NCBI RefSeq assembly: GCF_964213995.1
Contig: NC_135810.1
Coordinates: forward strand, 64,046,001-64,110,000
Direction: 5' to 3'
Source: Mustelus asterias
Lineage: Eukaryota
DNA: 64,000 bases
Part shown: positions 37,195-49,354 of the stretch, piece after piece
How positions within the stretch are numbered: position 1 is the stretch's first letter
Layout: every line of letters starts with the position of its first letter
The notes under the pieces: generated by a model
Database searches by the model: none
What the model saw: the letters and a program-made list of their open reading frames with translations, nothing else
What the model was told of the DNA's origin: nothing
Made by a program: the position numbers and the translations under genes

Positions 37195-38105
37195 AACCAC
37201 GTATCCCTTGATAATAGTTAAGGAACTATTGATCTCTGCCTTCAACATACTTAATGACAGGGCCTCCATAGCCCTCGGTAGTACAGTGCCACAAATCCGC
37301 TACCCTCTGAAGAAATTCCTCCTCATCTCAGTCCTAAATGGCCTACCCCTTGTTCTGAGATTCTCTACCCTGGCTCTAGAACCCCCAAATCAGGGGAAGT
37401 GGCCTTTCTGCAACTACCGTGTTGAGCTCTGTGAACATTTTGTATGTTTCAGTGAGATCGCCTCTTATTCTTCTGGAGAATACAGGCCTAGTCTCCTGAA
37501 TATCTCCCCATATGACAATTCCATCATCCCAAGAATCAGTCTGGTGAACCTTTGTTGCACTCCCTCTGTGGCTAGTTTATTCTTCCTTGGAAGAGGAAGG
37601 AGACCAAAACTGTACACAATTGTTCAAATGTGGTCTTACTAAGCCTCTGTACAATTACAGCAAGCATCTTCACTTCTGCACTCAAGTCCTCTTGCGATAA
37701 AGGCCAACATACCATTTGCCTTCCTCATTGCTTGCTGCAGCTGCATGTAAGCTTTCAGTGACTCATGAAAAAGGACACCCAGCCAGATCCATTTGAATAT
37801 CAACACTTGCCAATCTCTCACGATTTAAGGAATGCTTATACATTTCTGTTTTTCCTACCAAAGTGGATAACTTCACATTTTTCCACATTACCTTTTATCT
37901 GCCATGCTCTTGCCCACTCACATAGCTTGTCTCAGACCCCGTGACGCATCTTTGCATCCTCGCAACTCTCATTCCCATCTAGTTCTGTATCATCAACTAA
38001 CTTGGAAAGATTATATTTGGTCCCCACATTCAAATCTTTGATGTAGTTTGTGAATAGCTGGAGTCCAAGAACTGATCCTTGCGGTACCTCACTAGTCACA
38101 GCCTG
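37195..38105 (-). mobile_element. CR1 LINE fragment (older copy)
   Basis: Colinear with 25320-26240 (GAAGAAATTCCTCCTCATCTCAGTCCTAAAT; KANGMLAFIARGLE; ACTGATCCTTGCGGTACC.CACTAGTCAC). Confidence 0.85.
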
Positions 38106-38110
38106 CTGAT

Positions 38111-38229
38111 CTGATGAAGGAGCAGCGCTCCGAAAGCTCGTGCTACAAAGTAAACCTGTTGGACTTTAACCTGGTGTTGTGAGACTTCTTACTGTGCCTA
38201 CCCCAGTCCAACGTCGGCATCTCCACATC
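38111..38229 (+). mobile_element. Penelope-like terminal repeat fragment with minimal hammerhead ribozyme core
   Basis: CTGATGA-A-GGAGC-AGC-GCTCC-GAAA-GCTC, then AAACCTGTTGGACTTTAACCTGGTGTTGTGAGAC...CTCCACATC. Related copies at 41453-41521 and 45166-45274. Confidence 0.7.
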
Positions 38230-39300
38230 TTGGTTATAGAAGACAGAGAGTAGCAGTGAAAGGGTGTTTTTCAGAATGGAGATCCGTAGTTAGTGGTGTT
38301 TCGCAAGGATCACTGCTGGGACCCCTGTTTGTAGTATATATAAATGATCTGGAGGAAAATGTGGGGAGTCTGGTTAGTACATTTGTGGATGACACACAGA
38401 TTGGAGTTGCTGATAGTGCCGAGGATTGTCAGAGGATATAACAGGATATAGATAGATTGTAGACCTGGTCACAGAAATGGCAGATGGAGTTTAATCCAAA
38501 CAATTGCGAGGTACCGCATTTTGGAGGAACAAATTTAGGTGTGAATTATACTGTAAATGGCAGAACCCTTAAGAACATTAACATATAAAGGGATCTGGGC
38601 GTGCAGGTCCACAGTTCCCTAAAAGTGGCAACATAGGTGGCCAAGGTGATTAAGAAGGCATATGGCATGCTTGCCTTCATCAGCCGGGGTATTGAGTACA
38701 AGAGTTGAAAAATCATAATATAAAACTTTGGTTAGGCCGCATTTGTCGCATTGTGTGCAGTTCTGGTCACCACACTATCAGAAGGAAGTGGAAGCTTTGG
38801 AGAGAGTGCAAAGAAGGTTCACCAGGATGTTGCCTGGTCTTGAGGGTGTTGGCTATGAGGAGAGGTTGTATAAAGTAGGATTGTTTTCATTGGAAAGATG
38901 GAGGCTGAGGGGAAACCTGATCGAGATCTATAAAATGGTGGGAGGCATAGACAGGGTCGATTGTCAGAGGCTTTTTCCAAAGGTGAAAGTATAATTACTA
39001 GGGGGCACAGGTTCAAGGTGAGAGGGGGAAAGTTTAAGGGAGATGTGCGGGGGACGTTTTTCATGCAGAGAATGGTGGGTGCCTGGAATTCACTGCCAGA
39101 GGAAGTGGTGGAAGCAGGTACATTAGCAACAGTTAGGAAGCATCTGCATGAGTACATGAATAGAGAGGGAATAAAGGGATACAGACTGAGTAAGGGCAGA
39201 AGCTTTTTTTAGTTTATTTAGGGCATCATGATTGGCACAGGCTTAGAGGGCTGAAGGGCCTGTTCCAGTGCTGTACTTTTCTCTGTTCTTTGTTCTTGTT
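38230..39300 (+). mobile_element. CR1 LINE, 5'-truncated
   Basis: WRSVVSGVSQGSLLGPLF..YINDLEE, FVDDTQIG, CVQFWSPHYQKEVEALERVQRRFTRMLPG, FFMQRMVGAWNSLP; tail GGGCTGAAGGGCCTGTTCCAGTGCTGTAC...TTCTTTG. Confidence 0.92.
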
Positions 39301-40199
39301 CTTTGTTGTTGCAGTGGTTCCTCAGCTCCTGGCCCACCGATTGGGTCAGCAGTTCTTGGGGATGGGCAGTCACTTTTACTTGGGATGGCGGCCCTATGTC
39401 AGCCTCTTAATGAGCGAGTGTCAGTTATAAGTCCCCCAGAACCCCCCCACTGGCAGAAATGGGGAGTGATTTGAGCAGAGCCCCTACTTCCATGTGACTT
39501 TTCTCCATCTTCCCTCCCTTAGCCCACAAGTACTTACGTACTTGCCAAGAGCCATCCATTTTGCTGCATTTCAGTGAGTTATTGAATGGCTAAGGTGAGG
39601 GGTCTCTCCATCCTACTGAGGCTGGCAGGCAGAATGTTTGTTCCTTTGGTGGTGAGGGCCAACTTGTACTCAATTGCCAGCTGTGCCTGATGCCACATGG
39701 AGGTGGTCACTTTTTCCATGGAGCTGGACATTAGCACAAAGGTCTAAAACATCATGGCATTCATGCTAGATCAGGCTCCACCAATCTCTCTCCAATTGTG
39801 CAAGCACTTCTGAAAATGCGAACAGAATCACACGTTGTTGCTGCTGGTCCAAAATAGTCCTCTTTGTGATGATTCTAGATCTAAGCCCTGTTGAGCAGAG
39901 CATGAGGATCCTGAGCCCTCCAATGGGACTGTCCACTGCTGTCCCTGTCTTCCACAGTATGCCTGAGTGATCACTTCTGAGGACTCTGTGGTGCCTCTGG
40001 CACCAGCTCCTCAGGGATATTTGCAGGACCTGTGACAGATAAAGGAAAAGGCAAGAGGTTTTACCTTCATTATTGTGCAGATAACCATTTTTCGTTACCT
40101 GCTGCTATCAAGTCCCAAGTGAGTGTTGGTGTACCTTGTGACCGTGTGGTATTCAACTCTTGTCACCAGACAGCTGGAAGTCCCCCAGCTTTCCTTCAT

Positions 40200-42072
40200 T
40201 AATGGCCACAAATGCTGATATTCTGCTTCTCTCCGGTGTATGCTCCTCCATAGTGGTCAGGGTGGCGATGATTTTTGCCTCTCCCTGGTGTTCTGTGCTG
40301 TCTTTTAAAAAGACAGAAAGAAGAGTGCAATGAATGTAAGAACCTGTTGAGATTGTTATGGAAAGGGGAGGGATACAATACTTATTTCTTTATTTTTCCT
40401 GCTTAAGCAGAGGTGTTTTAATAGGCAGTGGGCTGTTTCCAAATCCTCCATTTGTGGAGTGTGCCTCACAGAAAGCTCACTTTAGGATTAAATCAGAACT
40501 ATTGTTTATTCATACATTCAAACCTGGGGGAATGATCCTTGCAACTACATAACATGCACACGAGATGGGAAAGAAGAGAGTTTTACCAACTGGGAATAAC
40601 TGAAAACAACAAAAAGAAACTGAAGGCGTGGATATTAATTAATGTGAATATCAATCCACTGTGGGTTCTTTCTCCAGTTCCGCTAGCTGAAAGAAGTTTC
40701 AGAATTCCTTTAAAGTTGGTAATGATGTAGCAGGATGAGGCTAGTATTCAGAGCCTTGGTCTGCTCAACAAGCAATGGCAGCAATCTTCCAGAGAGCCAT
40801 GCTTTGAGGAGGTTTAGACTTGAGCTGGGACTTGTTGTCAGCCTGGAGTCTGACTGTATTGATAGGCTGGAAGTTTAACAGCAAGCTGCCTTGTGAGCCC
40901 AGGAATGTAACATTAAAACCTCCTCAAAGCCAAAAGAGCTCATGTGGTGTTGCCCATGAGGAGTCATTCAAGAGAACGATCAGTTTCCATGCCTCGGGTC
41001 AAAATTCATTATTTGCCTTAAGAGACAGATAGATGGAGGTTATTAGTATATCCACAGATAACAAAGAGAGAGCCATGGAAACTTGTTATGCAGGTTCAGG
41101 CTGGGGAGAGAGACTGTTGCTGCTCTTGTTTCGTTGATTGTAATGTGTTCGCACAATGATGGGGGTGAGACTCTATAATGTCGAGGGTTGAGCTTTGAAC
41201 TTTAGTTACTATTGGAAGTTACCAGAACTGTTGCTGACTTGCAAATCATGTGAACTATAGCAGCCTTGTTTTTGGCCTAGAAAAGTCCATTTTTAAATGG
41301 AAAGTAATTGATTTAAACAGTTTATGGTCTTTTTCATGTCTTATGGACATGACAAGAGGATGGAAGGACAATGTTTGTGAGGGTTGGGTGTGCCATAGCA
41401 GTAAGATGTGGGTGTGAGGAAGTGCGTCGAGAGGAATGGGTGTACGGTTTTGATCTGAGGAGTGCTGAGCTACCAAATAAACCTGTTGGACTTTAACCTG
41501 GTGTTGTGAGACGACTTACTGAGCAGAAGAAGACCAGGGAAGTCCGAGTTGAGGGCATCTGTACTTAATTGTGGCATACCACTCACCTTTTCTGCCCTGA
41601 TGAGGTTACTGAACCTATTGTGACACTGTATCCAGCAGTGAGGTGCCACAACCCCTGCTTATTTCTGCCATCTCTTGCCGCCTTAGTCTCTGAGGCAGGA
41701 TTGTTCCTCCTGTCTGCTTGAGATAGAATCTTTGTGTGGCTCTTACAACCTACAGCATGATATCTGGAGGTTCATAAAAGGATCATGGCAGCTTGCCATT
41801 ACTGAAACCCCCTCTGCCAAGTTGCTGGATCTATATTGACAATTCTATAATGCTTCAATTCTTACCTCACTGCCTCCCTGTAAATAATCACGTATGGCTT
41901 GTCATCATGCCTGTCCCCTCCTGTTGGCCAGGAAATCTTTGACGTAGGATACTAATGCCATAGCTCTATTTTAAATAAAAGCACTGACAAACCCGCTATT
42001 CAAACTCCAGGTTCCTGAGCTGCAGCCAACTTCCCCTGCTGCAAGTGGGTAGGAAGGTTAAAATCCAGTCCT
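40200..42072 (-). mobile_element. Decayed Harbinger element with Myb/SANT ORF remnants and nested inserts
   Basis: Minus strand near 41590-41640 reads WIQCHNRFSNLIRAEK|gtgagt; near 40230-40290 TAQNTRERQK...TLTTMEE; terminus GGTTAAAATCCAGTCC followed by TTA. Confidence 0.55.
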
Positions 42073-44137
42073 TAATGTCAAAACATCTTCAGCTTTAATC
42101 CAGGCAAGGTTCACTCAAACTTCCAAAGAAGATGAATAGCACCGTGTCACAAAATGTCTGAGGAAATAGAGTACAGGGACTGAATAGTCCGTGTCTTTAT
42201 ATTCTGGCCATTAATAAAATCTTTGGTTTGAGATGCAGTCAGTCGATGTTTCCATACCTCATGGAGAGCAATGAATTTGGTATTCTCCTGTCACTGTTTA
42301 GCATTTTGTGATTGTTTCTTCGCACAAAGGAATTGGAAAACGAGTTATTTTTCCATGCTGGGTTTTTGAAAGTGATGTATTCTCATGGGCATTCAAATGA
42401 GGGGTGATTCATAGGTTACGTGGCAGTTGTTTTTCCCATTGACTAAATAATAAACATTAGCATGTCTAGGAAATGGAAAACCTATCTCAGCCATTGTGTT
42501 GGAAAACTGTATAATCTCTGTCTGCCTGGGAAGTGTGGTTTAAGAAGACAGACACTGAAAAGACCAACAGGCAGAAAGAAAAAGTCAGCAAAAGATGAGA
42601 AGGCAGCAGGTTCTACCCTGGATGTTGGACAGAATGCAGAGGGGTTATTTTATTCAAGTGTGATGACCCATCACAGTGGGGTAGCATTGCACGTATGTTC
42701 ATTATATTTTTATGTCACGACATGGAAATACATTTGTATGGATTAAACCTGAATAAATCTGATCATAGTTAATTTGTTGTTCCACATGCTTGCTTTTCTG
42801 CAGAATAAACTTGTTTAATAATTTGAATCAAGTCTGGTGTTAATTCAGCCCACCTTCAGAAAGAGTAAAGAAATGCACTTGCCCAAGTCAGATCTAGACC
42901 ACAAGCAGGTTTTTTTTGTTAGAAAGCCTCTTCATTCAGTCACATTGTCATAAAGGTAGATACCGAGCAGTAGAATCAACCTCCATAAAAGTAAACACTC
43001 AAACTGCTTATGGGAGCTGTTGGTGTCTACGGCACTTTTGGAAGCCAATTTTATAATAATTGTTGGTAAATACCTGATGATATACTGAGGCACATAAGTG
43101 ACAAGGATGAGTCAACAATTTAACAGTCAATGGAATATAAATGGTAACGTCACCTAGGTTAGAAGAGGCAGAATCGGTGCAAACATACTCAGCCATGCAA
43201 CATGTGGCACTATAACCGTAATAGAGTCCTAGGCACAAACCGCAAGAGATACAGGACTCAGGGGCAGCTTTGTATGCAGTGCATGGGCTTGTGGGTGTGT
43301 GTGGGGGGGGAAGTGATAGCAATGTTGATATATTTGATGATTCATGGCCATCTTAAATGAAATAGAATGCACAGATTGATCAAGACTTCCTCTGACAATT
43401 AGTCAATTGACTTTGTTGACTGCCGTGCTGCATTGTTTGGACTATTTCATCATTTGAGTCTGGTAAGAATCCTAGGTCTCTTTCAACTAACTCCTTAGCG
43501 AGTTCAACATCATTAGTGGAGTTTATGTTTCATCCATTTTTATTTTCAGCGTGCACTGTGTTTCACTTGTTTAAATTGCAATCAAATTAATTATGTCAAC
43601 TGACAATAGTAATACAACCTTTTAATCGAATTCCATTACAATAGGTGCTGTAACTTTAATAATGAATGCCGAATTGCCTGGTCCCAAGGTTTGTCACTAA
43701 AACTGGCAGCAACCCCACCAATCTGATTTTCGGGAGCCCTGAGGCAATTGACAGTGGGAGCCCTTCCAGCTTTATGGGAAACATTTAATTGCTACACTTT
43801 TCCCAGTTGGTGGAAATCCCACCTCAGAGAGCTGCTGGGGAGCTATGATGAGCAGTAGCTGTTGCTAGTAATTTGTTTAATGATCCTTCACCAGAATTCA
43901 TTGTGGGATCCCTGGGGAAAGCAAAGTGATGGCAGGGAGGGGACTGGCAGGGAAGGGGGTTGCTGCAGATTGTAACAGCAAACTGGTGAAATTATTTTTT
44001 CAGGACAATTCGAACAATTGATTAGTTCTTTTTTTCCAGAATGACAGTAGTCCAAGAAGTGACCTCCTTGTTCTCTGTGGAAGCAAGCAATTTAAAAATA
44101 AACAAATGGATTTTTGGACACTTTAGTTTTACTTTGT

Positions 44138-44726
44138 GGGCAGAATTTGATCATTTTTGCACCAAGTGCTGACTGAGGCGAAGAAACTGCTGTGCAGTTT
44201 GCTGGCTGCATTTCTCACCAGATAATCCAGCGCTCGGAGCAAAACAAATGGCGGTGTGGCCCACATTTGGCAGTCATGCTGGCAGGGTGGGGCTGGAATA
44301 AACTGGCAACATGCAGAATCCCCAGATTGGGGAGCCCTTCAAAATGGGCGCCCTGAACTTTAATAAAACAAAAAGATGAAGCCCCCTCCCATGCACGCTG
44401 CTCCCGGGGCTGTGTCAAGGGGATGTGCCAGGGTACTGCCCGGGTATGTCGTCGTCCCCCCCCCACCCACTCCCCCCCCCCCCCCCCCCCCCCCCCAGGG
44501 CTGTAATTACCTGTGCGCCCCTGACCAGTTCCCTTCACCCAGCTCCCATTATAAAAAAACTTGTATACCTCACTGATGTGATGTCACAGAAAATGAGATC
44601 TCACTGGCAAGGTTCTCGCTTTTTGGCTCTCTCGGGATTTTGTGCCAACACCACTGAATATCCAGTCTTCAACATGGTTCAACTTTTTCCCAAATTCATT
44701 GCAAAATGGGTGTAGAATTTGCAGCC
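44138..44726. mobile_element. Harbinger-like MITE upstream of NOX4 exon 10
   Basis: Ends GGGCAGAATTT / AATTTGCAGCC, GC-rich interior with poly-C run; the same terminal signature recurs across the window. Confidence 0.5.
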
Positions 44727-44923
44727 TAGATATGCATGCGCTAAAAACAAAGGGTGGTGGTGGGTGGGGGGGTGAAATAACCTTCCAATGTGACTTAATT
44801 ATTCAATAAATTTCCTTCATGAAGAACAATTTAAACAATAATCCACGTTACCAGTTTGACATAAACGTAGTTTCTATTTAGAATTGCCATTTTCTAACTG
44901 GAATTTGTTTCTTTCCTTTTAAG

Positions 44924-45088
44924 ACATGGCTTTGGGTGTCTGGGCCCCTCTGTCTGTATTGCGCAGAAAGGCTGTACAGGTACATTCGGAGCACCAAACC
45001 AGTCACCATTGTCTCTGTGAATTCTCATCCGTGTGATGTGATTGAAATACGAATGCTGAAAGAAAATTTCAGAGCAAGGCCTGGTCAG
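44924..45088 (+). CDS. NOX4: NOX4 internal exon (exon 10 equivalent), 165 nt
   Basis: ctttccttttaag|ACA...CAG|gtaagt. TWLWVSGPLCLYCAERLYRYIRSTKPVTIVSVNSHPCDVIEIRMLKENFRARPGQ, nearly identical to human NOX4 last TM helix and start of the FAD domain. Confidence 0.97.
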
Positions 45089-45165
45089 GTAAGTTCAAAT
45101 GAGAAGTCAGCCTGCATTATTATAGAATAGAAACCCTACAGTGCAGGTATATTATTATATACTTA

Positions 45166-45274
45166 GTAGGAAGTCTCACTACACCAGGTTAAAGTCCAAC
45201 CTGTTGGACTTTAACCTGGTGTTGTGAGACTTCTTACTGTGTGCACCCCAGTCCAACACAGGCATCTCCACATC
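45166..45274. mobile_element. Penelope-like fragment with inverted 5' end and 15-bp TSD
   Basis: TSD ATTATTATATACTTA at 45151-45165 and 45275-45289; arms 45166-45200 and 45203-45237 are inverted (33/35); body matches 38155-38229. Confidence 0.8.
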
Positions 45275-45609
45275 ATTATTATATACTTACCATTATTAGA
45301 CTAGGGAAAGATTTGCTGGCTTACTGAAATATTAAAGGTGTCAGTCTTTCACAGAAGAATATATTGCAACACACCAAATTGTGTTGGTGCGTGAGTATGA
45401 GCTCTTTGACTACCTGCCCCCCTTTCTCTCTTCTGAGTTAGAGCTTTATCATGCCCTGTTTTAATAATAAATATATAATTTTTGCTTGTCAAGAAGCGAC
45501 ACTGAAATAAACAGTAAATAATAAGGAAAGCTAAAGCTCCTTTTGATCCCTAAAACACTGTGGGGGAATCATTATTTTTGGATTTTTCTCTGTTTTTGTA
45601 ACTTAGTAC

Positions 45610-47850
45610 CTGTGTGGGGCTGAATTTTGGTTGACTGGAGAATGTCCCAAGATTGATGATTGGATTCTACCTCAGACCATGGGGCTGATTCTGTTGTAAG
45701 ACTGAACAGTCTGGAACTGGAGAGGGAACAGAAGGTTTCCAGCAGCATGCAGCTGATGTTCTGAAGTTAGCTCCCTGCAGAAAGATCCAGGAGCAGTAAT
45801 TGCTAGTGCAGCTGAGGACATTGGGGTTCAGTGAAGTCTTGGGACAGTGCCAGCTCAGTGAAGCTGGTAGTTGCAGCAAAGTCCGTGAGCAACGGGGTCC
45901 TGCTCAGAGTAGCTAGAGAGCTGGAATTATGCCGGTAACTAGATGCTGAGTACAGCTTTATGAATTCAGTGGTAGGCTGTCTCAGCAGAGATTGAACAAC
46001 AAGGGTGTGAGCCATCATTGGGGCAATCCGAGTAGAAGTGGCTTTGGAGGGGAAACCAGTGGTTAGATCTTTGAAAGAGAGAAGCTGAAATCCCTCAGGA
46101 GGAAGACAGGGTTTTAAAGGATTTTGTGACTCAGCTGACGTCTGGGTGAGTTGCTAAGAAATTCGGGGGAACCTATCTTGCCAGCCATTTACTGTGCAGT
46201 TCATGGTGTGTTTGACCACAGTTTGCTTGTTAATTCATGTTTGCCGCATGTTAGTTCTGGATGTTAGATTATAAGGTAGTGTTGACTGTTTGATTTGCTG
46301 ACTTTTGTAAAGTATATGTTATTTTGTTTGATTAAAACCATGGATTCTTGTGGCTTTATTCTCCTCGTGAGTAACCATGGTCTCTTATATCGCCTTTAAA
46401 ACAAAAGTTGTTGGATGGGATCTTTGGCTGTTCACAGCAGTGGGATCTTCTGGTCCTGCTGACGATATACCCCCATCATGGGTTTCCTGGCAGTGGGGGG
46501 TGGAGTCAGTGGGAATCCCCATTGACAGTGGCAGGACCAGAAGATCCGGCAAACGGCGGGCTGCCTCCTGCCACTGAGAAACACACTGTGCAGGGGGAGG
46601 GAGGGGGTGGTGTTAATCCCACCCATTGTATCTAACCAGATTGTAACAAAAATTTGGGGACTCAGATAGGACCATAACAGAATTTGGGGGGGTCTGGTCT
46701 GGGATCATAGCACAATTGGGGGCTCCTCCAGGTTTTCAACACATTGGCTTGTCAGGGATTTCAAATACAGACAGATATAGGTACTGGAATTGCTGAAGTT
46801 TCGACTAACAGGATCTCTTGGTGAGTTTAATTATACTTATTGAAAAGCAGCATGGCTTTGTCGGTTGCTCTGGCTTTTTTGTTGAGGGAAACTTTATCCC
46901 TGAGCAATTTGCAACAATAACCTGTTATTAGTAGAAAAGCTGGAGTTAGAATTAAAAGCAGGAGCTAAAAAAGCAGAAATAATTGAGGTAATAGTAAGCA
47001 ACTGGGATTGGAAGAAGAAAAGCCTGGCCCTAGTAGAATGTGGCTCGAATTGGCTGGAATTTAGTTGCAGATGAAGCAGCTTGCAATAAAGAAAAAGAGA
47101 TGCAGCAGCTTGAGATAGAAAGAGAGAAGAGAGAAGCAAAAACTGGAACTTGAAAGAGAGACCGAGAAAGAGAAATGCGAAGGCTTGAACTTGAACTCCA
47201 GAGAGAGTAATTAGCAAAGGAGAAAAGAGATATGCTATTAGAATTAGCCAAGGAGAAGGCAAGATTGTGAGACCAGTGGTTTTCAGCAGTGAAACTTGAA
47301 CAGAGTTTTGAGAATGTGAGGCAGGTAATGTAAAGGGAAGGATTTTGAAGCAGGGTTCCAATAGCGATCAGGTCATATCCGGAAGACTGTAGGTTACTAA
47401 AATAAAGGAAACTGTAGCTCTGGCAGATGGGTATGACATTTCATGCAGGTAGTTAGGGGTCAGTAGATCTCCATTTGTAAGCACGCAGGAAAACTAGAGG
47501 ACTATAAAAAATTCTGGCTTTATGGAGAAGGCAGAAGCAGTTCCAACTAACAAATATAATATAGAGGGCACAGGTGATGTAAAGAAACCAGTATGCTTTA
47601 ATTGAGTACAACAGGGCATACGAAAGCAAATTATTGGAAGCCAAACAGTAAAGAGATGGCAGTAATAAAGACGCTTAAGGAGTTTTCAGAAAAGACAGTA
47701 CGACTAAAGGAAACAGGTGCTAAAACAGTGGCAGTGATACAGTTGCACTGTGTTCCCTCTGAACCTAGTAGAATGATGGATAAGGCTCAGGCTAGTCAAG
47801 GTGCTTTTTCCCTGGATACTGATGGATTGCGTCAGGTTACGGGAGATGTG
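45610..47850 (+). mobile_element. Gypsy-like (possibly Gmr1-type) LTR retrotransposon remnant: 5' LTR, PBS array, decayed gag
   Basis: LTR ends ...TTGTAACA (46648), followed by TGGGGGCTC-type PBS copies. ATG at 46852 reads MALSVALAFLLRETLSLSNLQQ, then EKLELELKAGAKKAEIIEVI and an E/K/R-rich coiled-coil region with frameshifts. Left boundary approximate. Confidence 0.65.
46412..46624. mobile_element. MITE inserted in the LTR; same family as 54199-54405 (opposite orientation)
   Basis: Ends GGATGGGAT / ATCCCACCC. Interior (CATGGG.TTCC, GGGAATCCCCATTGA, GGCAGG.CCA.A.GAT) matches the reverse complement of 54199-54405. Confidence 0.6.
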
Positions 47851-47862
47851 TTGTGTTTCAGG

Positions 47863-48654
47863 AGCTCTCTGTCTACTCTGATCAGATCCCCAATGCTCTC
47901 ACAGGTTTTCCATTGCCCCAACTGCCAGCTTCACTGGGCTCACTTGATAGCTGGGCCTCTGAGCCTGAATCTCCCCAGCTGCACTGAGCAATTACTGCTC
48001 CTGGGTTTCTCAAACAAAACAAAAAAAACAAATTAATATTTTGAGAGACATGGGCAGCCCAGTCATTGATAGTTATAACTTTAAGTATCATATGCGTAAT
48101 TGTGAAAAATGAAAAGGTTATCTGTATGATATCTCATTAGTTATTTGCTAAAAGGTTTTATGATGATAAATACTTGTTTTAGAAAATTGTAAAGCCATTG
48201 TAAAGAAATCTTCACAATGATAAAAGTTTCTTTTTACTACAGAATTTGTATTTTTGGAGTTTAGTCTGTGTTTTTGTAAGTTAGCACCCATGGGGGTGAC
48301 CCCACCTCAGAACAGGGGCTGACCTATTTTTAAAATTCTTAATGTGATGTGGGCATCAGTTACTAGCTCAGGATTTCTATTGCCCATCGCTAATTGCCCT
48401 TGAGTTGTAAGATTTAACAGGACAATTTTTCAGTCTGGCAGCAGCAGAGGGGTCCTGGTTCCCTGCAGCTGAATTGCTGGGTTAGCTCGCTGTAGTTGGA
48501 TCTCAGAGAAGCCCAGGAGCAGTAATTGCTCGGTGCAGCTGGGGAGATTCAGGCTCAGAGGCCCAGCTATCATGAGAGCTCAGTGAAGCTGGCAGCTGGG
48601 GCAATGGAAAACCTGTGGGAGCATTGGGGTTCTGATCAGAGTAGATAGAGAACT
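47863..48654. repeat. Inverted repeat, 149-bp arms (47863-48011 / 48506-48654), LTR-derived
   Basis: Manual ungapped alignment gives about 10 mismatches in 149; arms resemble the LTR segment at about 45780-45925. Confidence 0.9.
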
Positions 48655-48674
48655 GCAATTATGGTGGCAATTAA

Positions 48675-49345
48675 ATGCTGGGGTGCAGCATTGTTGGTGT
48701 CGAGAGGGATTTGGATGTCTTTGTACAAGAAACACAAAGTTAATATGTACAGAAAACAATTAGGAAGCAAATGATATGTTGGCCTTTGATGCAATGAGGT
48801 TGGAATTGCAGAGGGCTTTGGTGTGATCATACCTAATGTACAGTTTCTGTCTCTGTACCAAAGGAAGAATAGTCTTGACTTTGAGGGGGTTCACTAGATT
48901 AATTCCTAGGATGAGAGAGTTGTCATATGAGGAAACATTGAGTTGAATAATCCATTACTCTTGGGAGTTTAGATGGAGGGGAGGTGATGTCATTGAACCA
49001 CGTAAGTTTCTGTGAAGGTCTGACAGGGTAGTTGCTGAGAGACTGTTTCTTCTGTCTGGAGAATTTCGAATCAGTGAGCATGGTATCAAGATGAGGGGTT
49101 GGCCACTTAGGACTAAGAGGAAAAATTTCTTCATTCAGATTATTCTCAACCCCAGAGGACTGTGCGTGATAAATTGCCGAGTATATTTGAGGCTGAAGTT
49201 GATAGATTTTTTGAATTCCAAGAGAACCCAACGGGCTTGGACGGAAAAGTGGAGTTCAAATTGAAGATCAGCCATTATCTTATTGAATGGAAGAGCAAGT
49301 TCAAGAGGCTGTATTGTCCACACCTCTTATTTTTTATATTCTATG
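48675..49345 (+). mobile_element. Old CR1 3' fragment
   Basis: GAGGGATTTGG.TGTC.TTGTACA, GGTTCACTAGATTAATTCCTAGGATGAGAG, ATATTTGAGGCTGAAGTTGATAGATTTTT, GATCAGCCATTATCTTATTGAATGG. Confidence 0.75.
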
Positions 49346-49354
49346 AATGATATA

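Noticed and set aside
37195-39300. Head-to-head CR1 pair as one twin-primed (inverted) insertion
   Set aside because: Both pieces cover the same 3' RT region and differ in subfamily sequence and decay, so independent insertions are more likely.
46644-46760. Repeat-spacer pattern as a CRISPR array
   Set aside because: Vertebrate intron, no cas genes, constant part only about 5 nt, and the variable parts are related to one another; explained as LTR end plus PBS units.
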